Assembly (NCBI GenBank): GCA_017643845.1 | Contig: JAEPMR010000008.1 | Coordinates: forward strand, 8,811-72,810 | Direction: 5' to 3' | From: Marivivens sp. | GTDB taxonomy: Bacteria; Pseudomonadota; Alphaproteobacteria; Rhodobacterales; Rhodobacteraceae | DNA: 64,000 bases | In this document: positions 27,972-37,691 of the stretch, one piece after another | How the letters are laid out: each line of letters starts with the position of its first letter | Position numbering within the stretch: the stretch's first letter is position 1 | Program-made: the position numbers and the translations under genes | The notes under the pieces: generated by a model | What the model was told of the DNA's origin: nothing | Database searches by the model: none | What the model saw: only the letters and a program-made list of their open reading frames with translations

Positions 27972-28973
27972 ATGGGACGCCTCGTCGACGGTAAATGGGA
28001 AGATGTCTGGTACGATACGAAAAAGAGCAAAGGCGCGTTTGTGCGCACTGAGGCCAAGTTTCGCAATTGGGTGACGGCTGATGGCAGTGCGGGACCGAGC
28101 GGCGAGGGTGGTTTCAAGGCTGAAAGCGGTCGTTACCACCTCTATGTGAGCCTTGCCTGTCCCTGGGCGCACAGAACCCTGATTTTCCGCAAGCTAAAGG
28201 GGCTTGAGCCGCATATCGACGTATCGGTCGTACACCCCGACATGCTGAGCGATGGATGGACATTCGATGCTGAGTTCGAGGGTGCGACAGGTGACCAGCT
28301 GCATGGCGCGGCCTTCATGCGGGATGTCTATTTGCGGGCAATGCCGGACATGAGCGGTCGCGTGACGGTTCCTGTGCTCTGGGACAAGGAGCGCGACACC
28401 ATCGTTTCGAATGAGAGTGCGGAGATTATCCGTATGTTCAATTCCGCGTTTAACGAGGTGACCGGGAATAACGATGATTACTGGCCCGAGGACATGCGCG
28501 ATGAGATCGAGGAAGTGAATGTGCGGGTGTACGACACCGTGAACAACGGGGTCTACAAAAGCGGTTTTGCGACCACGCAGGTGGCGTATGATTCGGCTGT
28601 TGTGCCGCTCTTTGAGACCCTCGACTGGCTGGAAGAACGGCTGTCGCGCCAGCGGTATCTGGCAGGGGACCGGATCACCGAGGCGGACTGGCGGCTGTTT
28701 ACGACGATGGTGCGGTTCGACGCGGTTTATCACGGGCATTTCAAGTGCAATCGCGCGCGGCTGGTGGACTATCCGAACCTCTGGGCACATACGCGCGAAC
28801 TGTATCAGTGGCCCAGCGTGCGGGAGACCGTGGATATGGCGCATATCACCCGACACTATCATTACAGCCACGAGAGCATCAATCCGCACCGGATCGTGCC
28901 AATCGGACCGCGCCCCAATTTTGATGCGCCGCATGGACGGGGGGGAAGCGCCAAGATGTCGCTTGCCGGTTAG
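27972..28973 (+). CDS. Glutathionyl-hydroquinone reductase (YqjG/ECM4, Xi-class GST)
   Basis: YHLYVSLACPWAHR, VTVPVLWD, IVSNESAEI, NNGVYK. Confidence 0.93.
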   Translation: MGRLVDGKWEDVWYDTKKSKGAFVRTEAKFRNWVTADGSAGPSGEGGFKAESGRYHLYVSLACPWAHRTLIFRKLKGLEPHIDVSVVHPDMLSDGWTFDAEFEGATGDQLHGAAFMRDVYLRAMPDMSGRVTVPVLWDKERDTIVSNESAEIIRMFNSAFNEVTGNNDDYWPEDMRDEIEEVNVRVYDTVNNGVYKSGFATTQVAYDSAVVPLFETLDWLEERLSRQRYLAGDRITEADWRLFTTMVRFDAVYHGHFKCNRARLVDYPNLWAHTRELYQWPSVRETVDMAHITRHYHYSHESINPHRIVPIGPRPNFDAPHGRGGSAKMSLAG

Positions 28974-29046
28974 ACTGCGACGGAACTGCTTGAGCTTCGG
29001 CCGGAATTCCGGTTGAAGCCTTGCGGCGAACAGATGGGAGTCCGGT

Positions 29047-29421
29047 ATGACGAGTTGGATCACGGTATGTGACACCTGCAAGCGTGAAGGCTGGGCCGAG
29101 AGCGGCGCGGCGCAGACGGATGGCGAGGTGCTTGCGGCGCTGGTCGAGGCCGCTGCCGAAGGGCAGGAGCAGGTGCGCACGCGGCGGGTATCGTGCACGA
29201 TGGGCTGTGACAGAGCCTGTAACGTGGTGGTTCAGAGCGCGGGAAAACTGTGCTATTCGCTGGGGAAATTCGAACCCACCGAAGAGGATGCCGCTGCGAT
29301 CGTGGAATATGCTGCCAAACATGCGCAAAGTGAAACCGGGCAGGTGCCATTCCGAGAATGGCCTCAGGGGGTGAAGGGGCATTTTGTGAGCCGCCATGCT
29401 CCGCTGCCCGCAACCGAGTAG
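29047..29421 (+). CDS. DUF1636-type Cys-rich metal-binding protein
   Basis: ITVCDTC...SCTMGCDRAC. Confidence 0.8.
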   Translation: MTSWITVCDTCKREGWAESGAAQTDGEVLAALVEAAAEGQEQVRTRRVSCTMGCDRACNVVVQSAGKLCYSLGKFEPTEEDAAAIVEYAAKHAQSETGQVPFREWPQGVKGHFVSRHAPLPATE

Positions 29422-29427
29422 ACGCGT

Positions 29428-30366
29428 TTGGGCAACGGACGGGATCACGGAGGGGGGCTGGACGCCGCCATCGCACGCTGGGGCGGTGATCGCGCGGGGT
29501 GGCTCGATCTGTCTACCGGCATCAATCCCGTTGCCTATCCGACGGATGGTCTGAGCAAAGACGCGTGGACGGCGCTGCCGGATGCCGGTGCCTTCGAACG
29601 GTTGGAGCGCGCCGCACGCGCTTTCTGGAACGTGCCGGACGAGGCGGAGATCCTACCCGCTGCGGGCGCTTCGGCGCTGATCGCGCGCTTGCCGCAACTG
29701 TGTGAAACCGGAGCGGTCGCGATTGAGAGGCCGACCTATAACGAGCACGAGGCGGCCTTTGCCGCGTCTGGCTGGACAGTGTCCGGCAAAGAGGGCGCCA
29801 ACGCACAGGTCGCGGTGCATCCGAACAATCCCGACGGCCGCATCTGGGGTGCGGATGAAATCACTGCACCATTTGCGGTGATCGACGAGAGTTTTTGTGA
29901 CATTGCCCCCGATGCGAGCCTGATCAGGCTGGCAGCGGACGAGGGCCGCGTGGTGCTCAAGAGCTTTGGCAAGTTCTGGGGGTTGGCCGGACTGCGGCTG
30001 GGATTTGCGATCGCACGCCCAGAGGTGCTGGCCCCGATGAGGGATATGCTGGGGCCGTGGCAGGTATCCGGCCCTGCGCTGGAAATCGGGGCGCGGGCGC
30101 TGACCGATACCGGCTGGGCTACAGAGACCCGCCTGAGGCTGCAAGCCGATGCGGTGCGTCTCGATGCGCTGATGCAGGGGCATGGTGCACGGGTCGTGGG
30201 CGGCACGACGCTCTTTCGTCTATACGAGGTTGATCGCGCGGATGATTGGCAGGCGCGGCTGGCGAAGGGCCATGTGTGGAGCCGGATCTTCCCCTATTCG
30301 GATCGCTGGCTCCGGCTGGGGCTGCCGCATCCCGATGCATGGGGCCAGTTGGAAGCAGCATTATGA
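29428..30366 (+). CDS. cobC: Threonine-phosphate decarboxylase (alphaproteobacterial CobC)
   Basis: DHGG, DLSTGINP, PNNPDG, IDESF, KSFGKFWGLAGLRLG; TTG start. Confidence 0.9.
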   Translation: MGNGRDHGGGLDAAIARWGGDRAGWLDLSTGINPVAYPTDGLSKDAWTALPDAGAFERLERAARAFWNVPDEAEILPAAGASALIARLPQLCETGAVAIERPTYNEHEAAFAASGWTVSGKEGANAQVAVHPNNPDGRIWGADEITAPFAVIDESFCDIAPDASLIRLAADEGRVVLKSFGKFWGLAGLRLGFAIARPEVLAPMRDMLGPWQVSGPALEIGARALTDTGWATETRLRLQADAVRLDALMQGHGARVVGGTTLFRLYEVDRADDWQARLAKGHVWSRIFPYSDRWLRLGLPHPDAWGQLEAAL

Positions 30367-31271
30367 CGGTATTGTTGGCGATGGTCCTCGACGCCCTGTT
30401 TGGTGAGCCCAAATGGATATGGGATCGAATCCCCCATCCCGCGGTCGTGATTGGGCGTCTGATCAACTGGGCGGACCGGCAGTTCAATCACGGGGCAATG
30501 CGCCGCACTAAGGGTGCAGTTCTGTTGGTTGCTCTCGTTGCGGGCGGAGCGGCACTGGGCGCAGTGATCGAAGGGGTTTTGGGCGGCTTTGGCGTGGTTC
30601 TTGTGGGTGCAGTGCTGCTGGCGCAGCGCTCGCTTGCCGATCATGTAAAGGATGTGGCGGATGCGCTGCGGATTTCCGTTGAAGACGGGCGCATGATGGT
30701 GGCGCGGATCGTCGGGCGGGACACTGCCGAGATGGGCGAGGCCGATGTCGCACGGGCGGCGATTGAAAGTGCTGCGGAGAATTTCAGCGACGGTGTTATC
30801 GCGCCGCTTTTCTGGTTTCTGGTGGGCGGGTTGCCGGGACTGATTGTCTATAAGGCGGTGAACACGGCGGACAGTATGGTGGGCTACCGGACGCCGCGCC
30901 ATGAGGAGTTCGGCTGGGCAGCTGCGCGGTTTGATGATCTGTTGAATTTGATCCCTGCACGGCTGACGGCGGTGCTGATCCTGATTGTGACAGGTCAGGG
31001 ACGCTGGGCCGAGATCGCCCGTGATGCGCGGCGGCACCGCTCCCCCAATGCGGGCTGGCCCGAAGCGGCATTTGCCCGTGGGCTGGATGTGGCGCTTGCG
31101 GGACCGCGCCGCTACCACGGAGTGCTGACCGACGATCCGTTTGTGAACCCAGCGGGGGCGAGAGAGATCGGGCCGGATTCGGTGGACAGGGCGGTCGCCT
31201 TGCTATGGCGGGTGTGGTCGCTGGTGGCGGTGCTCGTTGCCGTGACGACCATCGCGTGTGTGCTATTCTGA
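30363..31271 (+). CDS. cobD: Adenosylcobinamide-phosphate synthase (CbiB)
   Basis: PHPAV, IVGRDT, AIESAAENFSDG, YKAVNTADSMVGY, SPNAGWPEAA. Confidence 0.95.
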   Translation: MTVLLAMVLDALFGEPKWIWDRIPHPAVVIGRLINWADRQFNHGAMRRTKGAVLLVALVAGGAALGAVIEGVLGGFGVVLVGAVLLAQRSLADHVKDVADALRISVEDGRMMVARIVGRDTAEMGEADVARAAIESAAENFSDGVIAPLFWFLVGGLPGLIVYKAVNTADSMVGYRTPRHEEFGWAAARFDDLLNLIPARLTAVLILIVTGQGRWAEIARDARRHRSPNAGWPEAAFARGLDVALAGPRRYHGVLTDDPFVNPAGAREIGPDSVDRAVALLWRVWSLVAVLVAVTTIACVLF

Positions 31272-31334
31272 TCCCTGCTTGATCGACCCGATTGGGATGC
31301 TAGGCTTTCCGGTAAGAACTGTCAGGAGGCGGGT

Positions 31335-32504
31335 ATGCGTTGGGTATCGGTGATCGGGGTAAGCCTTTGGGCTACGGCGGCGGCAGCACAAGGGTGCGGC
31401 GGGTCGTTTGGTGGTTTTGTATCGGAGATGAAGGCCGAGGCGCGCGCGATGGGGTATCCGGCTGCGGTGGTGGACGGTTTCTTTGACGGCGTGAGTCAGA
31501 ACCAGTCTGTGCTGGCGAGCGACCGGCGGCAGGGGATTTTCCAGAAGGATTTCATTGATTTCTCACAATCGCTGATCTCGCAATATCGCTTGCAGAAGGG
31601 CGCGGAGAATGCGCAGCGCTATGACGCGGTATTTGATTCAATCGAGCAGAGCTATGGTGTGCCGCGTGGGGTGCTTTTGGCATTCTGGGCCTTCGAGACA
31701 GATTTTGGTGCGTTTCAGGGCGATATAAATACGCGCGACGCGCTGGTGACGCTGGCGCATGATTGCCGCCGGCCGGAACTTTTCCGACCACAGGTTTTTG
31801 CGGCGCTGGAACTTTACCGGCGTGGTGGAATGGACCCTCAGGGAACCACGGGCGCTTGGGCGGGTGAAATCGGGCAGGTGCAGATGCTGCCGGAAGATAT
31901 TCTCGAAAACGGGGTGGATGCGGACGGCGACGGCCGCGTCGATTTGAAGGGGTCGGCACCGGATGCGCTGTTTTCGGCGGCGCGGATGCTGAGCGGTCTG
32001 GGATGGCGCGCGGGCGAACCATGGCTTCAGGAAGTGGTGATCCCCGAAAGGCTGGACTGGAGCGAGACCGGTATCGAGCAGAGCAAGCGGGTATCGGACT
32101 GGGCGCGGCTGGGCGTGAAGGCGCGGAGCGGGGCGCTGCCAAATGGCGGGCTTTCGGCCTCTCTCCTGCTGCCGATGGGGCATAAGGGGCCAGCCTTCCT
32201 CGCCTATCCCAATTTCAATGTCTATTTCGAGTGGAACCAGTCGATGGTCTATGTGACGACCGCCGCTTATTTTGCCACGCGGCTGTCGGGTGCGCCGATT
32301 TATGACACGCGCAACCCGGACCCGGGACTGACAGGGCCGGAAATGCAGGAATTGCAGCGCAAGTTGCAGGCACGGGGGCATGACGTGGGCGGGATTGACG
32401 GAATCCTCGGCGCGGGCACGCGGGGCGCGGTGCAGATCGAACAGAAGCGGCTAGGGCTGCCTGCGGATGCGTGGCCGACGCGGGCGCTGCTGGAGCGCCT
32501 GTAA
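31335..32504 (+). CDS. MltB-family lytic murein transglycosylase with PG-binding domain
   Basis: WAFETDFG, GAWAGEIGQVQMLP, VDADGDG, GIDGILG. Confidence 0.9.
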   Translation: MRWVSVIGVSLWATAAAAQGCGGSFGGFVSEMKAEARAMGYPAAVVDGFFDGVSQNQSVLASDRRQGIFQKDFIDFSQSLISQYRLQKGAENAQRYDAVFDSIEQSYGVPRGVLLAFWAFETDFGAFQGDINTRDALVTLAHDCRRPELFRPQVFAALELYRRGGMDPQGTTGAWAGEIGQVQMLPEDILENGVDADGDGRVDLKGSAPDALFSAARMLSGLGWRAGEPWLQEVVIPERLDWSETGIEQSKRVSDWARLGVKARSGALPNGGLSASLLLPMGHKGPAFLAYPNFNVYFEWNQSMVYVTTAAYFATRLSGAPIYDTRNPDPGLTGPEMQELQRKLQARGHDVGGIDGILGAGTRGAVQIEQKRLGLPADAWPTRALLERL

Positions 32505-32507
32505 AGG

Positions 32508-35500
32508 TCAGGCGACCATTGCCTCGGCTTTTTTCAGATCAACGGAGACAAGCTGGCTGACGCCCTGCTCGCCCATGGTCACGCCAAAGAGCCTGTCCAT
32601 CCGGCTCATCGTCACTGCGTGGTGGGTAATAATCAGGAAACGGGTTTCCGTGCGGCGGGTCATTTCGTCCAGCAGATCGCAGAAGCGGCCAACATTGGCG
32701 TCATCAAGCGGGGCGTCGACCTCATCGAGCACACAGATCGGTGCGGGATTGGCGAGGAAAACCGCAAAGATCAGGGCCAGAGCGGTCAGTGTCTGCTCAC
32801 CGCCGGAAAGGAGCGACAGGGTTGCGAGCTTCTTGCCTGGCGGCTGACACATGATTTCGAGGCCGGCATCGAGCGGGTCTTCGCTTTCGACCATCACGAG
32901 CTTTGCTTCGCCGCCGCCGAAGAGGTGGGTGAACAGAAGGCCGAAGTTTTCGTTGACCTGCTCGAACGCGGTCAGCAGGCGCTCGCGCCCTTCGCGGTTG
33001 AGGCTGGCGATACCGGTGCGGAGTGCTTTGATTGCCTCTTCGAGATCGGTTTTCTCGCCCAAGAGGGTGTCGTGTTCTTCCTGCACCTCTTTGGCGTCTT
33101 CCTCGGCCCGCAAATTCACCGCACCGAGCGCGTCGCGCTGGCGCTTGTAGGCGTTGACCTGCGCCTCGATCTCTTCGGAAGGGGGCATTTTTTCGGGGTC
33201 GGCGTCGAGGCTTTCGAGCAGCTTGTCGGGCGTGACTTCCTGTGCCTCCATGATCCGCTCAGCGGCATAGGCGACGGTTTCGCGGGCGGCGTCGTTGCGG
33301 GCCTCTGCACGGGCGCGGGCTTCGCGGGCTTCTGAGGCCAGGCGTTCGGCGTCGCGTTCGGCAACCTGAGCGTCACGGAGCGCGTTTTCCGCTTCGGCCA
33401 GTTTGTCGGCCGCGGCTTTGCGGCGGGCTTCGGCCTCGTCGATCGTGTCGGCCAACTCGGCACGCTTGGCGGCGATTTCGTTGGGCGCGGTCGTGGCTTC
33501 TTTCAGTTCGGTCTCTGAGGCGGATTTGCGTTCGGCCAATTCAGCGGAGCGTTTGGAGGCGGTTTCGAGCCGGTGTTTCCAACCCGAGATTTCCTTGGTG
33601 ATCTCTTGTGACCTGCGCAGACGGCTCTCGCCTTCGCGGCGGACCTCGTCATGGGCGGAGCGCTTGGCCATCATCGTCATACGCGCGGCTTCGACGGTCA
33701 TTTTGATGTCTTCAACGGCGGCGCGGGCATCTTCGAGAGAGGCCAGTTCGCGTTGGCCGCGCTCTGCTTCGGTGACAGACTTGCGGGCGGTGATCGCTTC
33801 CTCTTCGTGGCGTTTGAAGGCGAGACCGGAATTTTCCAACTTGCCTTGGGCGAGGTTGCGATCCGCCTCGGCGCGGGACAGGGCGCGGGCGGCCTCGGCA
33901 ACGAGCCTATCAGCTTCGCGACGGGCTTCGCGGGCTGCGCGGTCTGCCTCTGTGAGGCGGGCAAGATCTGCAGTAAGGGCGTCGTGGGCCTGCGCCGCGC
34001 CGATGGCCTTGGCGTTTGCCTCTTCAAGATCGCGTTTCAGTTCGACGAGACGGTTCAGTTGCTGGAGCCGCAGGGCGGCGGCGGAGGGGGCGTCCTCTGC
34101 GGCGGCGCGGAAACCATCCCAACGCCAGAGATCGCCTTCGAGGCTGACGAGGCGCTGACCGGGCTGGAGGGCCTCCTGAAGGCGGGGACCGTCGGCGGGA
34201 TCGACAAGGCCGATCTGACCCATGCGACGGATCAGAACCTCTGGCACGGTGACGAAATTCGTCAGCGCCTGCACCCCTGCGGGCAATGCTGGAGGGCTGG
34301 CGTAGCCTGCGAGCGTCGCCCAGCCAGATTTGATGCCTTCGCCACCAAGCACCGGTGCACGGAGATCATCGGCGAGGGCTGCACCAAGAGCCTTTTCGTA
34401 GCCGCTTTTGACCTGCAGGAGATCAAGCACCTGCCCGCCTTCGGCGGTATCGCGCTCGACGAGCCTCGCCAGTGCGTTGACTTCTGCGCGGAGTGCGTTC
34501 GCCTCGCCCTCGGCATCAGAGCGGGCCGCGCGGGCGTCGACTTCGCGGTCCTGAGCGGCGGCCCGGGCCTCATCGGCGGCGGTGAGTGCGGTATCGGCCT
34601 CTTCGGCACGGCGGGCGGCTTCGGCATCGGCTTGTTGCGCTGTGGCGAAGTCCTGCTCGGCTTTGGCGACGGCAGTTTCCGCTTGCGCCATTGCGGATTT
34701 GGCCTGCTCGGCGGCGGCTTCGGCTTTGTTCAGGGTGGTGCGGCTGTCGTCAAGGAAGCGCTGGGCAGACTGGTGCCGCGCGGCAAGGCGGGCGACGTCT
34801 TCGGTTAGCTGCGAGAGATCGGTCTCGCGCTCTTGCAGGACGCCGGCAGCTTCGTGGGCGGCGCTTTGCGCAGCGGCGAGGCGGTCATTGTGACCCTCGC
34901 TGGCCTTTGCGATTTCGCGAGCTTCCCATTCGAGACGTTCGATCGTTTCGCCTGCGTCGCGGTTCAGGCCTGCTTCGCGGTCGATGTCGCGGGCGAGCTG
35001 CTCGATGCGGGATTTGAGAGTCTCGATGGTGTCGAGCGCGCGGGTTTCTTGCTCGGCCAGAGAGTCGCGCTGGACTTGCAAGCGCTGGAGCACGGCACCG
35101 GCGATGGCCTCTTCCTCACGCAAGGGTGGAAGGGCGGATTCACATTCGGAGCGCAGTTTGCTTGCGCTGCGTGCTTCCGATTCTGCGCGGGAGGCAGCGA
35201 CGGTGCGTTCTTGGAGCTGGGTGACGGCGGCAAGCCGTGCTTCTTCTGCCTCTTTCCAGCGGCGGTAGAGCAGGAGGCCCTCGGCGATGCGCAGCTTGTC
35301 ACCGATTTCGCGATAGCGGGCAGCCTGGCGGGCCTGACGTGCCAGTTGCTGAAGCTGGTTGGCGAGCTGTTCGATCACGTCGTCGACGCGGGCGAGGTTT
35401 TGCTCGGCGCCTTTTAGCTTCAGTTCGGCTTCGTGCCGGCGCTGGTACAGCCCAGAGATGCCGGCGGCCTCTTCGAGGATCCGCCGGCGTGCCTTGGGTT

Positions 35501-35966
35501 TGGCATTGATCAATTCGGAAATCTGACCCTGACGGACCAGAGCGGGAGAGTGCGCGCCGGTTGATGCATCTGCAAAAAGCATTTGCACGTCGCGGGCCCG
35601 GACTTCCTTTGTTCCCACCTTATACGCAGAACCGGCGTCGCGGGTGATGCGGCGCACGATGTCGAGCGTATCGCTGTCATTAAAGCCTGCCGGGGCGAGC
35701 CGGTCGGAGTTGTCGATACTGAGGACAACCTCGGCATAATTGCGGGCGGGGCGTGTTGAGGTGCCTGCGAAGATCACATCTTCCATGCCGCCCCCGCGCA
35801 TTGCTGTGGGTCGGTTCTCGCCCATCACCCAGCGCAACGCTTCGAGCAGATTCGACTTGCCGCACCCGTTGGGGCCGACGACGCCGGTCAGCCCGTCCGC
35901 GATCATCAGATCGGTCGGGTCGACGAAGCTTTTGAAGCCGTTGAGCCTGAGTTTGGAAAACCGCAA
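32508..35966 (-). CDS. smc: Chromosome partition protein SMC
   Basis: GFKSF, GPNGCGKSN, long coiled coil with hinge, LSGGE, LDEVDAPLD. Confidence 0.97.
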   Translation of the reverse strand: MRFSKLRLNGFKSFVDPTDLMIADGLTGVVGPNGCGKSNLLEALRWVMGENRPTAMRGGGMEDVIFAGTSTRPARNYAEVVLSIDNSDRLAPAGFNDSDTLDIVRRITRDAGSAYKVGTKEVRARDVQMLFADASTGAHSPALVRQGQISELINAKPKARRRILEEAAGISGLYQRRHEAELKLKGAEQNLARVDDVIEQLANQLQQLARQARQAARYREIGDKLRIAEGLLLYRRWKEAEEARLAAVTQLQERTVAASRAESEARSASKLRSECESALPPLREEEAIAGAVLQRLQVQRDSLAEQETRALDTIETLKSRIEQLARDIDREAGLNRDAGETIERLEWEAREIAKASEGHNDRLAAAQSAAHEAAGVLQERETDLSQLTEDVARLAARHQSAQRFLDDSRTTLNKAEAAAEQAKSAMAQAETAVAKAEQDFATAQQADAEAARRAEEADTALTAADEARAAAQDREVDARAARSDAEGEANALRAEVNALARLVERDTAEGGQVLDLLQVKSGYEKALGAALADDLRAPVLGGEGIKSGWATLAGYASPPALPAGVQALTNFVTVPEVLIRRMGQIGLVDPADGPRLQEALQPGQRLVSLEGDLWRWDGFRAAAEDAPSAAALRLQQLNRLVELKRDLEEANAKAIGAAQAHDALTADLARLTEADRAAREARREADRLVAEAARALSRAEADRNLAQGKLENSGLAFKRHEEEAITARKSVTEAERGQRELASLEDARAAVEDIKMTVEAARMTMMAKRSAHDEVRREGESRLRRSQEITKEISGWKHRLETASKRSAELAERKSASETELKEATTAPNEIAAKRAELADTIDEAEARRKAAADKLAEAENALRDAQVAERDAERLASEAREARARAEARNDAARETVAYAAERIMEAQEVTPDKLLESLDADPEKMPPSEEIEAQVNAYKRQRDALGAVNLRAEEDAKEVQEEHDTLLGEKTDLEEAIKALRTGIASLNREGRERLLTAFEQVNENFGLLFTHLFGGGEAKLVMVESEDPLDAGLEIMCQPPGKKLATLSLLSGGEQTLTALALIFAVFLANPAPICVLDEVDAPLDDANVGRFCDLLDEMTRRTETRFLIITHHAVTMSRMDRLFGVTMGEQGVSQLVSVDLKKAEAMVA

Positions 35967-36060
35967 ATGCCTGCCTCTGGTGATTCTGATCTAACAAATC
36001 TGGAGGGGAGATGGTCGTCGAGTCAACGTTTGACCCCATGATGCAGCGGTATTCCGCGAC

Positions 36061-36080
36061 TTATCCACAAGATATTGCGG
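36061..36080. promoter_or_regulatory. Perfect DnaA box overlapping an NrdR-box-like palindrome upstream of smc
   Basis: TTATCCACA (36061-69); CCACAAGATATTGCGG (36065-80). Confidence 0.4.
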
Positions 36081-36177
36081 TTATCTGCACAATGTCTCGG
36101 GTTTGTTCTCTGCCGCAAGATCAACGCGGGATGTCGGAATCAACCTTGACGGGGACAGGGATCAAGGCGCATGAAGG

Positions 36178-36374
36178 TGACGCATGGTTCCCCGATCCGA
36201 CGCAAAGCGTCCGGGGATGAAATGGGAATGTGGTGCGCGCCGATCCAGACAGGAGGCACAAGACCACAGCCGCCCCCGCGACTGTAAGCGGTGAGCGCCC
36301 GTCATTGGCCACTGGGACACCCCCGGGAAGGCGACGACGCGCTACGACCCGCGAGCCAGGAGACCAGCCTTGCG
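36178..36374 (+). ncRNA. Cobalamin (AdoCbl) riboswitch
   Basis: GGTTCCC...AATGGGAATGTGGTG...GCCCCCGCGACTGTAAG...GCCACTG...GGGAAGG...GAGCCAGGAGACC; cccgtc/gacggg hairpin next to the cbtB SD. Confidence 0.96.
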
Positions 36375-36420
36375 AGTGCAACCCAATCCCCGTCGGGTGT
36401 GACGGGACAGGAGAAAAGAC

Positions 36421-36594
36421 ATGACCAATTCTTTCGCAACCGCCAAGGCCGCTGCTTCCAACGATCTGCTGGCTATCGGTTTTGCTGCGCTGTTCGGCCT
36501 CGGGCTGGTATTCGCGGCCGGTTTCAGCCACGCATCGGCAATGCATGATGTGGCCCACGACCAGCGCCACGCCATCGCGTTCCCGTGCCACTAA
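36421..36594 (+). CDS. cbtB: Cobalt transporter subunit CbtB
   Basis: Manual translation, 57 aa: one TM, then MHDVAHDQRHAIAFPCH. Confidence 0.92.
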   Translation: MTNSFATAKAAASNDLLAIGFAALFGLGLVFAAGFSHASAMHDVAHDQRHAIAFPCH

Positions 36595-36615
36595 GCGCTG
36601 ACTGACACCAGTCCA

Positions 36616-37293
36616 ATGGCTAAAAATCTGCTGACCAGCGCGTTGTTCGCTGGTGTGACTGTGGGCGTGCTTGCAGCAATCCTACAGTTCATTTTCGTGG
36701 TTCCCCTGCTGATGGAGGGGGAGCTGTATGAAACGGGCGCGCGTGTGCATTTCAGTGCAGGCGTAGCTGAATCGGAGGCCGGTGCGCCGGCAATCTGGGG
36801 CGATATCGGTCGCCACATCGGGACCGTGGCGATGAACCTCGTGGCCTATACCGGCTTTGCCTTTGTCATGGTGGCCGGTTTCGCGCTGGCGCAGCGGGCG
36901 GGGCATTCCGTCGACGCGCGAAGCGGTGCGATCTGGGGTCTGGCCGGATTTATTGCTGTGCAACTGGCACCAGCGGTCGGTCTTCCGCCCGAGCTCCCGG
37001 GCACTGTCGCTGCGGATCTCGGTGCGCGGCAGGTCTGGTGGGCCGGATGTGTGCTGGCGACGGTGCTGGGTATTGCCGCGTTGGCGTTCGTTCGTGGCTC
37101 TGCCGGGGTCATTGGCGGCGTGGTGCTGATTGCCCTGCCGCACGTGATCGGCGCGCCGCATTTGGATACCTATTACGGTATCGCGCCGCCTGAGCTTGCG
37201 TCGCATTTCGTGACAAGTTCGCTGGGTGTTGCGGGGGCCAGTTGGGTTCTGCTTGGGACCATCGCGGGCGCGCTCTGGGCCCGCAAAGCCTAG
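36616..37293 (+). CDS. cbtA: Cobalt transporter subunit CbtA
   Basis: WGLAGF, PAVGLPPELPG, RQVWW, LPHVIGAP; follows cbtB. Confidence 0.92.
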   Translation: MAKNLLTSALFAGVTVGVLAAILQFIFVVPLLMEGELYETGARVHFSAGVAESEAGAPAIWGDIGRHIGTVAMNLVAYTGFAFVMVAGFALAQRAGHSVDARSGAIWGLAGFIAVQLAPAVGLPPELPGTVAADLGARQVWWAGCVLATVLGIAALAFVRGSAGVIGGVVLIALPHVIGAPHLDTYYGIAPPELASHFVTSSLGVAGASWVLLGTIAGALWARKA

Positions 37294-37619
37294 GCCGGAA
37301 TGCGGCCGATCAGTTTGAACCGCAATTCACCGGCCGGGCGGGCGTCTTCGATGATCCCGCCCGGTGCGGCGTCATACAGAACGGCGAACGCGGCGAGTTC
37401 GGCCGCCTGCGCTGCGGGATCGACGCCTGAAAACAGATATGCGGCCTTGCCTTCAGCGCGGACCGAGACTGTCACGGGTTCGCCGCAGACGATCATGCAG
37501 TCGATCTGGGCCACTTCGGTCGCCAGCCCGAGCTCTGCGATTCGAGCACGTAGATCATCGGCGAGAGCCTTGCCTGAGCCGTCCGCGCATGTGCCACAAA
37601 TGGTGATCCGATCTGCCAT
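37290..37619 (-). CDS. Second DUF1636-type protein, antisense to its neighbours
   Basis: MADRITICGTC...DCMIVC...GKAAYLF...ARPAGELRFKLIGRIPA. Confidence 0.8.
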   Translation of the reverse strand: MADRITICGTCADGSGKALADDLRARIAELGLATEVAQIDCMIVCGEPVTVSVRAEGKAAYLFSGVDPAAQAAELAAFAVLYDAAPGGIIEDARPAGELRFKLIGRIPA

Positions 37620-37691
37620 GAATTGCGATCCCGACCTTTCAATTCCGGCCCGTTTGGGCCACATCAGATACGCCAGATAACGGAGTCCATT

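Noticed and set aside
36061-36069. oriC at the DnaA box near smc
   Set aside because: Single box, no AT-rich unwinding element, and skew does not switch here
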